Shown here piece after piece: positions 20,362-29,813 of a stretch of DNA of 64,000 nt. The notes beneath the pieces were generated by a model, which was given only the letters and a program-made list of their open reading frames with translations, did no database searches and was not told where the DNA came from. Source of the DNA: Angustibacter luteus. Its GTDB lineage: Bacteria > Actinomycetota > Actinomycetes > Actinomycetales > Angustibacteraceae. The position numbers and the translations under genes are program-made. How positions within the stretch are numbered: the first letter of the stretch is position 1; every line of letters begins with the position of its first letter. The DNA lies in the NCBI RefSeq assembly GCF_039541115.1, contig NZ_BAABFP010000008.1:186001-250000 (forward strand). The letters are read 5' to 3'.

Positions 20362-21758
20362 GCGACGACGGCAAGCCTGCGGCCGGCCCGAAAGACGCAG
20401 AGGTCGCACGCCTGCAGCAGCAGGTCCAGGACCTGCAGCGCCAGCTGGACGAGCGACCCGCGGGGCTCGACCAGACCACGCCGATCGCCGTACCGCCTCG
20501 ACCGGGCCGGCTGTCCGGCTGGTGGCGCCCTCCGGTCGTCGTGGTGCTGCTGATCATCGCGACGGTCTGCGCCCCGGCCGCCGTGGTGGCACGCTGGACC
20601 AGCCACGAGCTCGGCGACACCGACACCTACGTGCAGACGGTGGCACCGCTCGCCTCCGAACCCTCGGTCCAGGCCGCCATCACCGACCAGGTGACGAACG
20701 CGATCTTCACCCGGCTGGACGTCAAGGCGATCACCAGCCAGGCCGTGCAGGCGCTGGAGGCGCAGGGACTGCCGCCGAACATCGCCACCGCCCTCACCGC
20801 GCTGAGCGGCCCGCTGTCCAACGGTGTCGAGAGCTTCGTGCACGACCAGGTGGCCAAGATCGTTGCGACCCAACAGTTCCAGGACGCCTGGACGGCCGCG
20901 AACCGCGAGGCGCACGCCCAGCTGGTCGCCGTCCTGACCGGCGACCAGAGCGGAGCCGTCACCGTCCAGGACGACAACGTCTCGGTGAACCTCGCCGGGG
21001 TGATCGACGCGGTGAAGGCCAGCCTGTCCGCCCAGGGCTTCTCGATCGTCGACAAGCTGCCCACGGTGAACGCGTCGTTCGTGGTGCTGGAGGGCGCGGA
21101 CATCAGCCGGGCGCAGCGGGTGTTCTCGTTGCTCGACACCCTGGCCACTGCGCTGCCGGTGCTGGGCATCCTGTGCCTGATCGCAGCCGTGGCGATCTCG
21201 CGGCACCACCGGCGCACCCTGATGGTGGGCGCGCTGTGCATCGCGGTGAGCATGCTCGTGCTGGGGGCCGGGCTGAACCTGGCCCGCCCCTACTACCTGG
21301 ACGCGCTGCCGTCGGCCATCCCGCAGGACGCCGGAGGCGACATCTTCGACACGATCACCAGCACGATCCGGACCAACCTGCGCGCGGTGCTGGTGCTGTT
21401 CCTGATCATCGCGGCCGCGGCGTGGGCCACCGGCTCCTCGGCGCCCGCGGTGGCGACCCGCAGCGGACCGTCCCGCGGAGCGGCGGCGCTGCGTGAGGGC
21501 GGTGCGCGGCACGGGATCGACGCCGGCCCGGTCGGCCGGTTCGTCGGCCGCTTCCGGACCCCGCTTCGGTTGGCGGTCGTGGGGTTGTGCGCGTTGGTCT
21601 ACGTCGTGAAGGACCACCCGTCGGCCGGGTTCACGATCGTGCTGACCATCGTCCTCGTCGTCCTGATCGGCATCATCGAGCTCCTCGCCGCGCCCGTCGC
21701 CGACGACGACGTCAGCTCCGGGTCCCTGCCGCCGAGCGCGCCGCCGTCCACGGCGTGA
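20358..21758 (+). CDS. Integral membrane protein with large extracytoplasmic domain
   Basis: N-terminal coiled coil, TM, DTDTYVQTVAPLA...P.VQ motif, several C-terminal TM segments. Confidence 0.85.
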   Translation: MSDDGKPAAGPKDAEVARLQQQVQDLQRQLDERPAGLDQTTPIAVPPRPGRLSGWWRPPVVVVLLIIATVCAPAAVVARWTSHELGDTDTYVQTVAPLASEPSVQAAITDQVTNAIFTRLDVKAITSQAVQALEAQGLPPNIATALTALSGPLSNGVESFVHDQVAKIVATQQFQDAWTAANREAHAQLVAVLTGDQSGAVTVQDDNVSVNLAGVIDAVKASLSAQGFSIVDKLPTVNASFVVLEGADISRAQRVFSLLDTLATALPVLGILCLIAAVAISRHHRRTLMVGALCIAVSMLVLGAGLNLARPYYLDALPSAIPQDAGGDIFDTITSTIRTNLRAVLVLFLIIAAAAWATGSSAPAVATRSGPSRGAAALREGGARHGIDAGPVGRFVGRFRTPLRLAVVGLCALVYVVKDHPSAGFTIVLTIVLVVLIGIIELLAAPVADDDVSSGSLPPSAPPSTA

Positions 21759-22651
21759 GCGAGCCGCTCGACACCACGGTTGGCCGTCCGGAGGCCAACC
21801 GGCCACTGTGGACCAAGCCGCTCGACAAGGTCGCGCAGCGCCAGGACCGGATCGGTGCGCTGGCCCGCTGGCTGGCCGACTCGTTCGTCCTGGGCTGCCT
21901 GCTGAGGTTCGTGCGGATCAACGGCCGCGACCGCATCCTGGTGATGGCCTCGCAGGCGTTCACCGCGATGATCCCGCTGCTGATCGTGATCAGCAGCTTC
22001 TCGTCCGACAACGACGCCCTGGCCGACGGCATGGTCGAGCGGTTCCACCTGAGCGGCAACGGCGAGAGCGCGATGCGCGTGCTGTTCACCCGGCCGGCCA
22101 ACGCCGCCAGCGCCCTGACCCTCGTCGGTCTCGTGGTGCTCTTCTACTCGACGATGGCGCTCGCCCGCTACGTGCAGCGCACGTACCAGTCGGCGTGGGA
22201 CCTGCCGCCGGTCGGCATCGTCGGCACCCTGAACAGCGTGCTCGGGCTGGCGCTGCTGATCGGGCAGGTCGTGTTCCTGTCGTGGCTGTCCGGGCTCGTG
22301 GGCGAGCTGCGCGGCCACCAGGGCGTCGTCATCCTGATGCACCTCGCCATCGCCAGCGTCCTGTGGCTGCAGGTGCAGTACCTGCTGCTCAGCCGCCGGG
22401 TGCCGCGCCGGGCGCTGGTGCCGGGGTCGATCACCGCAGCGGCCGGGCAGGCGGTGGTGAGCATCTACTCGGCCACCTGGATGCCGCACATCGTCTCGCT
22501 GAACTCCGTGCGGTACGGCGTCATCGGCGTCACGTTCGCCCTGCTCACCTGGCTGATCGTGGTCTGCGCCGGCGTCGTCGCGGCCGCCGTGGTGTCAGCG
22601 GAGTGGGCGCAGCGCGCCGAGCTCGTCCCGCACCGGATGCCGCGGGTCTGA
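21755..22651 (+). CDS. YihY/BrkB-like inner membrane protein
   Basis: ASQAFTAMIPLLI, LVPGSI and RYGVIGVTFALLTWL motifs. GTGA overlap with the upstream gene. Confidence 0.82.
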   Translation: MSEPLDTTVGRPEANRPLWTKPLDKVAQRQDRIGALARWLADSFVLGCLLRFVRINGRDRILVMASQAFTAMIPLLIVISSFSSDNDALADGMVERFHLSGNGESAMRVLFTRPANAASALTLVGLVVLFYSTMALARYVQRTYQSAWDLPPVGIVGTLNSVLGLALLIGQVVFLSWLSGLVGELRGHQGVVILMHLAIASVLWLQVQYLLLSRRVPRRALVPGSITAAAGQAVVSIYSATWMPHIVSLNSVRYGVIGVTFALLTWLIVVCAGVVAAAVVSAEWAQRAELVPHRMPRV

Positions 22652-22665
22652 GCCGGGGGCGGCGC

Positions 22666-23427
22666 TCAGGCCTCCGATGCCTCCTGCAGGCTGGCCGGCG
22701 CCTCGCGACTGCCGAGCAGCGGTCCGTAGATCGCGCCGGCGATCAGCGCTCCCACGATCGGGGCCACCCAGAAGAGCCACAGCTGCCCGAGGGCCCAGCT
22801 GCCGGCGAAGAACGCGACGCCGGTGGACCGCGCAGGGTTCACCGAGGTGTTGGTCACCGGGATCGTCACGAGGTGGATCAGGGTCAGCGCGAGGCCGATC
22901 GCCAGCGGCGCGAAGCCGCGCGGTGCCCGGGTATCCGTCGCACCCAGGATGACCAGGACGAAACCAGCGGTGAACACGACCTCCACCACCGCGCAGGCGA
23001 GCAAGGCGTAGCCCCCCGGGGAGTGGTCGCCGTACCCGTTGGCCGCGAAGCCGCTGGCCTTGGCGCTGAAGCCCTCCTGGCCGTTGGCGATGACCAGCAG
23101 CACGGTCGCTGCCGCGGTCGCCGCCACGACCTGGGTGACGACGTAGACGGGCACGTCCCTCCAGGCGAAGCGCTTCGCCACCGCGAGGCCGATGGTCACG
23201 GCCGGGTTGAAGTGCCCGCCGGACAGGTGGCCCACCGCGTAGGCCATCGTCAGCACGGTCAACCCGAAGGCCAGGGACACCCCGGCGAAACCGATGCCCA
23301 GGTGGACGCCGTCGCCGTTGACCACGCCGGCGGCGAGGACGGCGGAACCGCAGCCACAGAGGACGAGCCAGAACGTGCCGAACGCCTCGGCCGCTACCCG
23401 GTGTCCCGTGGTGATCGTGTCCGACAT
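22666..23427 (-). CDS. aqpZ: Aquaporin Z
   Basis: [10 protein letters not shown] and [13 protein letters not shown] boxes, [21 protein letters not shown]. Confidence 0.96.
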   Translation of the reverse strand: MSDTITTGHRVAAEAFGTFWLVLCGCGSAVLAAGVVNGDGVHLGIGFAGVSLAFGLTVLTMAYAVGHLSGGHFNPAVTIGLAVAKRFAWRDVPVYVVTQVVAATAAATVLLVIANGQEGFSAKASGFAANGYGDHSPGGYALLACAVVEVVFTAGFVLVILGATDTRAPRGFAPLAIGLALTLIHLVTIPVTNTSVNPARSTGVAFFAGSWALGQLWLFWVAPIVGALIAGAIYGPLLGSREAPASLQEASEA

Positions 23428-23496
23428 CGACGCTCCTCTGGGTGGGGGTAGTGACTGTCCGCAGCCGACGCTAGGCAGCCAGCAGCGGTGATCGCC

Positions 23497-23513
23497 TCAC
23501 CCGTCTCGGGCGA
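23497..23513. promoter_or_regulatory. Palindromic site TCACCCG-N3-CGGGCGA in a divergent promoter
   Basis: 22 nt before CACGCT (23536-23541, leaderless ATG at 23549). On the minus strand it is 23 nt before TAGCGT (23473-23468) facing aqpZ. Confidence 0.65.
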
Positions 23514-23548
23514 GATGCGCGGCGCCCGGCCGTGCCACGCTGAGCACG

Positions 23549-25756
23549 ATGACGACCGCGCCGGCACCGGCTGCCGGTGGCGAGCAAGCCTCGACCACCA
23601 CCGGCCGATGGCGGCTGGCCCGGTCCCTGCTGCACTCCATCCGCTGGACCGTCGGCTCGCTCTTCCGCTTCCTGCTCACCTGGGTGATCGGCACGGCGAT
23701 CCTCGCCATCATCATCCGGATCGTGCCGGGGATCAGCGCGGACGACGGCTGGGACATCGCGATCGCCGTGGTCCTCGTCGCGGCCGCGACCATCGTCCTG
23801 CGCCCGGTGCTGGCCGCACTGGCCGTGGCGATGTCGTGGTTCGGCATCGTGGTCGTCGGCTTCTTCGCCCAGGCCCTCATCGTCTGGGTCGGGCTGGAGC
23901 TGTCGCCGGGCATCCACGTCGACGACTTCGGCTCGGCACTGCTCGCCTCGTGGTTGTACGCGATCCTCGGGGCGCTGGGGTCGTGGCTGATGCTGGTGGA
24001 CGACGACTCCGCCCTGCTGGCCCACGTCGTGCGGTCCGCGCAGCCGGGCTGGTTCGCCCGGTGGCGGGCGAAGCGCCAGGGCATCACCTTGCCGACTCCT
24101 GGTGCGGACGGGCTGGACGGGGTGGTGTTCGTCCAGCTGGACGGCATGCCCTGGCCGGTGCTGCAGCTGGGCGTCGCGTCCGGCGACATGCCCACGATCA
24201 GCCGCTGGGTGCGCTCGGGCAGTCACGCAATGCGCGAGTGGACCGCCGCCGTCCCCTGCACCACCCCGATCTCCCAGGCCGGCATCCTGCACGGCAACAA
24301 CGACAACATGCCCGCGTTCCGCTGGTACGAGAAGGACTCCGGGCGGTTGCTGGTCGCGAACCGGCCGGCCGACGCAGCCGAGATCGAGAGCCGGGCCAGC
24401 AACGGTCTCGGCCTGCTCGCCGACGACGGCTGCTCGATCAGCAACCTGTTCTCCGGTGACGCGGAGATCAACATGCTCTCGATGGCCGGCATGTCCGAGG
24501 GCAAGCGCGGGCTCGGCCCGTCACGCAGCTACGCCTCGTTCGTGCTGCACCCGTTCGGCTTCGCCCGGGCCTTCTTCCTCACCATCGGGGAGATCGTCAA
24601 GGAGCTGCACCAGGGATGGTTGCAGGGCAAGCGTGGGATCGAGCCCCGGATCCACCGGCACGGCTCGTACGTCCTGCTCCGGGCCGCGACGAACGTCATG
24701 CTGCGCGACCTGAACATGGCGCTGGTGGCCGAGCAGATGGTGCTCGGCCGGCGCGCCGTCTACGTCGACTTCGTGGACTACGACGAGATCGCGCACCACG
24801 CCGGCCCGCTGCGCCCCGAGTCGATCGCGTCCCTCGTCGGCCTGGACCGGGTGCTCAACAGCCTGGAGCGGGTGGCCAGCCAGGTGAACCGGCGCTACCA
24901 CTTCGTGCTGCTGTCCGACCACGGCCAGAGCCAGGGGCCGACGTTCCTGCAGAAGTACGGGAAGTCGCTGGAGGACGTCGTGACCGACCTCGTCGGCTCG
25001 ACGGACACGGTCGCCGTCACCTCCTCGATCGAGGGCTGGGGCCCGGTCAACGCGTTCCTCACCGACCTCACCCAGCAGACCGGGGTCGCTGCGAACTTCG
25101 CCCGGCGCAGCCTGTCCAAGCGTTCCCAGGACGGCGACGTCGGCCTCGGCCCGGCCGACCGCGAGGTCGCGGCCGCCACCTCGGACAGCGAGCAGCGACC
25201 CGAGCTCGTCGTGGTCGGCTCCGGCAACCTCGGCCTCGTCTGGTTCGCCCGCGAGCCCGGCCGGCTCACGCTCGAGGACCTGGAGGAGCTGCACCCCGGC
25301 CTCGTGGGCGCGCTCGCCAACCACCCAGGAGTCGGCTGGCTGCTGGTGCAGAGCGCGGCGCACGGACCTGTCGTGGTGGGGGCGAACGGTCTGCGCCAGC
25401 TCGTCGACGGGACCGTCGAGGGCGTGGACCCGCTGGCCCCGTTCCCCGCGACCGCAGGTCCGGACCTGTTGCGGCTGGCCGAGTTCGGCAACGCGGCCGA
25501 CCTGTTCGTCGGCAGCGCCTTCGACCCCATGACGATGGAGGTCTCCGCGTTCGAGGAGCTCGTCGGCTGCCACGGCGGCCTCGGCGGCTGGCAGACCCGG
25601 GCGATGCTGGTGCACCCGGCGGAGTGGCCGCTCACCGAAGCCGAGCACCTGCACGGCGCGCCGACGCTGCACCGTCAGCTCGTGCGCTGGCTCGAGGACC
25701 TCGGGCACCGCACCGAGCTGCCCGAGAGGCAGCCGGCCCCCCACGACGTGGTCTGA
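23549..25756 (+). CDS. 4-TM 'phage holin family' domain fused to an alkaline phosphatase/phosphodiesterase-superfamily domain
   Basis: N-terminal 4 TM segments (VDDFGSALLAS), then VQLDG, TPISQAGILHG, DYDEIAHH, LSDHGQ and GCHGGLGG metal-ligand motifs. Confidence 0.88.
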   Translation: MTTAPAPAAGGEQASTTTGRWRLARSLLHSIRWTVGSLFRFLLTWVIGTAILAIIIRIVPGISADDGWDIAIAVVLVAAATIVLRPVLAALAVAMSWFGIVVVGFFAQALIVWVGLELSPGIHVDDFGSALLASWLYAILGALGSWLMLVDDDSALLAHVVRSAQPGWFARWRAKRQGITLPTPGADGLDGVVFVQLDGMPWPVLQLGVASGDMPTISRWVRSGSHAMREWTAAVPCTTPISQAGILHGNNDNMPAFRWYEKDSGRLLVANRPADAAEIESRASNGLGLLADDGCSISNLFSGDAEINMLSMAGMSEGKRGLGPSRSYASFVLHPFGFARAFFLTIGEIVKELHQGWLQGKRGIEPRIHRHGSYVLLRAATNVMLRDLNMALVAEQMVLGRRAVYVDFVDYDEIAHHAGPLRPESIASLVGLDRVLNSLERVASQVNRRYHFVLLSDHGQSQGPTFLQKYGKSLEDVVTDLVGSTDTVAVTSSIEGWGPVNAFLTDLTQQTGVAANFARRSLSKRSQDGDVGLGPADREVAAATSDSEQRPELVVVGSGNLGLVWFAREPGRLTLEDLEELHPGLVGALANHPGVGWLLVQSAAHGPVVVGANGLRQLVDGTVEGVDPLAPFPATAGPDLLRLAEFGNAADLFVGSAFDPMTMEVSAFEELVGCHGGLGGWQTRAMLVHPAEWPLTEAEHLHGAPTLHRQLVRWLEDLGHRTELPERQPAPHDVV

Positions 25757-25764
25757 GCGGTGGC

Positions 25765-26820
25765 ATGAGCGAGCGGTCCGGACGTCGTCACCTGGCCTAC
25801 CAGCTCGGCAAGCAGGCGGCTGCGCTGCTGGTCTGCGGGGTCAGCCTGTACATCGTCCTGCCCAGCCTGCTCACCGTGTTCGGCGCCTGGCCGGAGCTCG
25901 GTGACGTGAAGCCCTACTGGTTCGTGGCGATCGTCGTCCTGGAGTCGCTGAGCATGGCCCTGCTGTGGCTGCTGCTGCGGATCTCGCTGGCGACGAAGAA
26001 CTGGACGGACGTCGCGCTGTCCCAGCTCGCCGGGAACGCCGCCACCCGGGTGATCCCGGGCGGCGCGGCGTCCGGTGCCGTCGTCCAGGGCGGGCTGCTG
26101 GTGCGCGCCGGGATGGACACCGGGCGGGTGGCCACGGCGCTGGCCGCCTGCGGGCTGCTCACCACGGGCGTCCTGCTGGCGCTGCCGGTGCTGGCGATCC
26201 CGGCCGCCTTCCTCGGGCCACCGCTGGCGCACGACCTGCAGCTGGGGCTGGAGTTCAGCCTGGTCGTGGCGGGGCTGCTCGTCGGGCTCGGCTACGCGTT
26301 GCTGAAGTGGGACCGGTTCGCCCGTGGCGCCTTCTACCTCGTCGGCCGACTCGTGGCGCTCGTGCGACGCAAGTCCCAGCCGGCCCGGACCGCCAAGCGG
26401 CTGGTCGCCGAGCGCGACCAGGTGGCGGCGGCGCTCGACAAGCGATGGATCCGCGCGCTGACCAGCGCGGCGGCCAGCCGGATGGCCGACTACGCGGTCC
26501 TGGTCGCGGCGCTCATCGCCGTCGGAGCCCAGGTGCGCCCGTCCCTCGTACTCGTCGCGTACGTCGCCGCCATGGCGCTGGGCATGATCCCGATCACCCC
26601 GGGCGGCGTGGGCATCGTCGAGGCCGGCCTGACCGGCTTCCTGGTCTTGGCGGGCGTACCGTCGGACCAGGCCGTCGTCGGCACGCTGCTCTACCGCCTC
26701 GCGTCGTTCTGGTTCCCCATCCCGGTGGGGCTGCTGGCCTGGCTCATCGCGCGGTTGCGCGGGCCGGGCTCGCTGTCCGGCAGACATCTCGCAACCAACC
26801 AAGGAGGAGCGCGTGCCTGA
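25765..26820 (+). CDS. Lysylphosphatidylglycerol synthase TM-domain (YbhN/UPF0104, flippase-like) protein
   Basis: GNAATRVIPGG, IPITPGGVGIVEAGL and LLYRLASFWFP motifs. Confidence 0.9.
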   Translation: MSERSGRRHLAYQLGKQAAALLVCGVSLYIVLPSLLTVFGAWPELGDVKPYWFVAIVVLESLSMALLWLLLRISLATKNWTDVALSQLAGNAATRVIPGGAASGAVVQGGLLVRAGMDTGRVATALAACGLLTTGVLLALPVLAIPAAFLGPPLAHDLQLGLEFSLVVAGLLVGLGYALLKWDRFARGAFYLVGRLVALVRRKSQPARTAKRLVAERDQVAAALDKRWIRALTSAAASRMADYAVLVAALIAVGAQVRPSLVLVAYVAAMALGMIPITPGGVGIVEAGLTGFLVLAGVPSDQAVVGTLLYRLASFWFPIPVGLLAWLIARLRGPGSLSGRHLATNQGGARA

Positions 26821-28312
26821 TACCCCGAACATCCTGATCATCTGGGGTGACGACATCGGCCAGAGCAACCTGAGCTGCTACAGCGACGGAGTCATGGGCT
26901 ACCGCACACCCAACATCGACCGCATCGCGGACGAAGGGGTGCGGTTCACCGACTACTACGGCGAGCAGAGCTGCACGGCGGGTCGGGCGGCGTTCATCAC
27001 GGGCCAGAACCCCTACCGCACCGGGCTCACCAAGGTCGGCCTACCCGGCGCAGACCTCGGCCTGCGCGCCGAGGACCCGACCATCGCCACCGCGCTGAAG
27101 GCGCGCGGCTACGCGACCGGCCAGTTCGGCAAGAACCACTTCGGTGACCGCGACGAGTTCCTGCCCACGATGCACGGCTTCGACGAGTTCTTCGGCAACC
27201 TGTACCACCTGAACGCCGAGGAGGAGCCCGAGCTCGACGACTACCCGACACCGGAGGAGTTCCCGGACTTCCGGAAGAACTTCGGCCCGCGCGGCGTGCT
27301 GCACAGCTGGGCCAACGGCGATGGGACGCAACGCATCGAGGACACCGGGCCGCTGACCAAGGAGCGGATGAAGACCATCGACGACGAGATCGTCCCCGAG
27401 GCCCTGCGGTTCATGACCGACGCCAAGGCGAGCGACACCCCGTTCTTCGTCTGGCTGAACACGACCCACATGCACTTCCGGACGCACATCAAGGACGGCA
27501 GCCGCGGCAAGGCCGGACGCTGGCAGTCCGAGTACCACGACACGATGGTCGACCACGACGAGCTGGTCGGCTCGGTGCTGGACTTCCTGGACGAGCAGGG
27601 GCTGGCCGACGACACGATCGTCATGTACTCCACGGACAACGGACCGCACATGAACTCGTGGCCGGACGCCGGGATGACGCCGTTCCGCAACGAGAAGAAC
27701 TCCAACTGGGAAGGTGCCTTCCGGGTGCCGGCGGTGGTCCGCTGGCCAGGGCACATCCCGGCCGGGACGGTGCTGAACGGCATCGTCAGCCACAACGACT
27801 GGTTCGTCACGCTGCTGGCCGCCGCGGGCGACACGGACGTCGCCGATCGGCTCAAGGTCGGAGCCGACCTGAGCGGGACGACGTACAAGGTGCACCTGGA
27901 CGGGCACAACCAGCTCGACTACATCACCGGCGCGAGCGACACCAGCGCGCGCAAGCACTTCTTCTACGTCTCGGACGACGGCGACCTGACCGCCATGCGC
28001 TACGACAACTGGAAGTTCGTCTTCCTCGAGCAGCGCGCCACGGGCACGCTGCAGGTGTGGATCGAGCCCTACACCGAGCTGCGAGTGCCGAAGCTGTTCA
28101 ACCTGCGCACCGATCCCTACGAACGGGCGGACCTCACCTCGAACACCTACTTCGACTGGGTTCTCGACCACATCTACCTGTTCATCCCGGCCCAGGTGTA
28201 CGTCGGGCAGATGATGAGCACGCTGGTCGAGTTCCCGGCGCGGCAGACGCCGCCGAGCTTCAGCATCGACCAGATGATGGACAAGCTGAGGGCAGGTGCC
28301 GGGAGTGCCTGA
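26813..28312 (+). CDS. Arylsulfatase (Cys-type)
   Basis: PNILIIWGDDIG, SCTAGRAAFITG formylglycine motif, GKNH, TDNG. AAGGAGG RBS. Confidence 0.95.
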   Translation: MPDTPNILIIWGDDIGQSNLSCYSDGVMGYRTPNIDRIADEGVRFTDYYGEQSCTAGRAAFITGQNPYRTGLTKVGLPGADLGLRAEDPTIATALKARGYATGQFGKNHFGDRDEFLPTMHGFDEFFGNLYHLNAEEEPELDDYPTPEEFPDFRKNFGPRGVLHSWANGDGTQRIEDTGPLTKERMKTIDDEIVPEALRFMTDAKASDTPFFVWLNTTHMHFRTHIKDGSRGKAGRWQSEYHDTMVDHDELVGSVLDFLDEQGLADDTIVMYSTDNGPHMNSWPDAGMTPFRNEKNSNWEGAFRVPAVVRWPGHIPAGTVLNGIVSHNDWFVTLLAAAGDTDVADRLKVGADLSGTTYKVHLDGHNQLDYITGASDTSARKHFFYVSDDGDLTAMRYDNWKFVFLEQRATGTLQVWIEPYTELRVPKLFNLRTDPYERADLTSNTYFDWVLDHIYLFIPAQVYVGQMMSTLVEFPARQTPPSFSIDQMMDKLRAGAGSA

Positions 28313-29213
28313 GCAGCTGCCGTCGTGGCGTCCCGGGGTGACCCGGGACGCTGTGACGGCTTTCCTGGACGCGGCCGCGGCAGTTCCGGTTGCCGAGCGC
28401 GTGGCGTGCTTCGACAACGACGGCACGCTGTGGTGCGAGAAGCCGACCTATGCCCAGCTGGACTTCTTCATCGACGCCCTGAAGTCCCGGCTCGGCCAGG
28501 ACCCGAGCGTGGCGAAGGTCCCGGAGTTCGCCGCGCTGCTCAGCGGTGACCGAGCGGCCATCGGCGAGATCGGGCTGGAGCGCATCGCGTTGGCGCTCGG
28601 TGGCCTGTTCGAGGGGTTGGAACCGCACGAGTTCCTGTCCCGGGCTCAGGCGTTCATGGACAGCGCGATGCACTCCACGCTGCATCGCCCCCTGCGCACC
28701 AACGTCTACCAGCCGATGCTCGAGCTGATGGGGGAGCTGCGACGGTTGGACTTCACGGTGTCCGTCGTCACCGGTGGGGGCACTGAGTTCGTGCGCGCGA
28801 TCAGCGAGGACCTGTACGGCGTCCCACCCGAGGCCGTGGTGGGGACCTTGGTCGAGTACGAGTTCAGCCGCGCCGAGAGCGGCTCACCTCGCCTGCGACG
28901 CACCGCCCGGGTCACCGGTGGCGCCAACGAGGGCAGCACGAAGGTCGGCAACATCCAGACCCAGCTGGGGCGTCGTCCGATCTTCGCCGCGGGCAACTCC
29001 GGCGGGGACCGCGAGATGCTCGAGTGGGCGGTCTCGGGCGACGGCCCGTCGCTGGCGCTGCTGGTGAACCACGACGACGCCGAACGCGAGTTCAGCTACG
29101 TCAGCTCGGCCGAGACGTTCGCCGAGCCGGAGCCCATCACGGACGTCGGACGTCGACTGGGGTGGACCGTGGTCAGCATGGCTGACGACTGGGACACGAT
29201 CTTCCCGGGATGA
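28305..29213 (+). CDS. HAD-family hydrolase
   Basis: FDNDGTLWCEKP motif I, VTGGG, GNSGGDREML, HDDAEREFSY. Confidence 0.92.
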   Translation: MPEQLPSWRPGVTRDAVTAFLDAAAAVPVAERVACFDNDGTLWCEKPTYAQLDFFIDALKSRLGQDPSVAKVPEFAALLSGDRAAIGEIGLERIALALGGLFEGLEPHEFLSRAQAFMDSAMHSTLHRPLRTNVYQPMLELMGELRRLDFTVSVVTGGGTEFVRAISEDLYGVPPEAVVGTLVEYEFSRAESGSPRLRRTARVTGGANEGSTKVGNIQTQLGRRPIFAAGNSGGDREMLEWAVSGDGPSLALLVNHDDAEREFSYVSSAETFAEPEPITDVGRRLGWTVVSMADDWDTIFPG

Positions 29214-29219
29214 GTCTCA

Positions 29220-29726
29220 GTGGATGACGCGGTGGCGGAGGACCACGTGCTCGGCCTCGCGCCGCTGCCTCGGCCGGTCGTTCGGAAATGGCCCATCACC
29301 CGGTGGGCGCCACGGCACGGGTGGGCGTTGGCCAGCGGGACGCGGCGCACCTTCGCCTGCGCCACGCTGGTCCTCGCGCCAGTCCTGTTCCTCGGCCCGT
29401 TCTGGTACGGGTGGCTGGCGTGGGTGGCCGCGACGCTGGGTCCGCCGGCGTACTACTCGCTGGCCCGCGTGCTGCGTCCGACCACGGGGCGCGCCGGTGT
29501 CGCGCCGGACGAGGAGCTGCTGCTGCTGGACAACGCAAGGCACCTGATGGCCGCCACTGCGACGGCGTTCGCGACGCCCGTGCTGGGGTACTTCCTCTCC
29601 CAGCGGGCGCGGTGGCCCGATGCGACGAACTGGCCAGCCGAGCTGTTCCTGTACCTCGGGGTGCCCGCCCTGACCATGGGCCTCGTCACGCTGGTCTGGG
29701 GCGCCGTTACCCGGCTGCGGCGCTGA
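29220..29726 (+). CDS. Hypothetical membrane protein (about 4 TM)
   Basis: Four hydrophobic stretches, starts 6 nt after the HAD stop, no recognised family. Confidence 0.55.
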   Translation: MDDAVAEDHVLGLAPLPRPVVRKWPITRWAPRHGWALASGTRRTFACATLVLAPVLFLGPFWYGWLAWVAATLGPPAYYSLARVLRPTTGRAGVAPDEELLLLDNARHLMAATATAFATPVLGYFLSQRARWPDATNWPAELFLYLGVPALTMGLVTLVWGAVTRLRR

Positions 29727-29754
29727 ACCCCGGGTCCTCCGGGGGGCTTGCCAG

Positions 29755-29763
29755 TTATCCACA
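29755..29763 (+). promoter_or_regulatory. Perfect DnaA-box-like 9-mer
   Basis: TTATCCACA just upstream of the DUF222-HNH promoter. Confidence 0.5.
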
Positions 29764-29784
29764 GATTCGGTTGGTACGTCTGGT

Positions 29785-29807
29785 TTGTCGGTGTCCTCTC
29801 GTAGAGT
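29785..29807 (+). promoter_or_regulatory. RecA-NDp/PafBC-type DNA-damage promoter
   Basis: TTGTCGGTG-N8-TAGAGT matches the tTGTCRgtg-8nt-TAnnnT motif. ATG follows 6 nt later (leaderless). Confidence 0.82.
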
Positions 29808-29813
29808 TGACGC

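Noticed and set aside
23549..24010. Prophage suggested by the 'phage holin' domain
   Set aside because: It is fused to a phosphatase-superfamily domain, and there is no endolysin, integrase or structural gene nearby.
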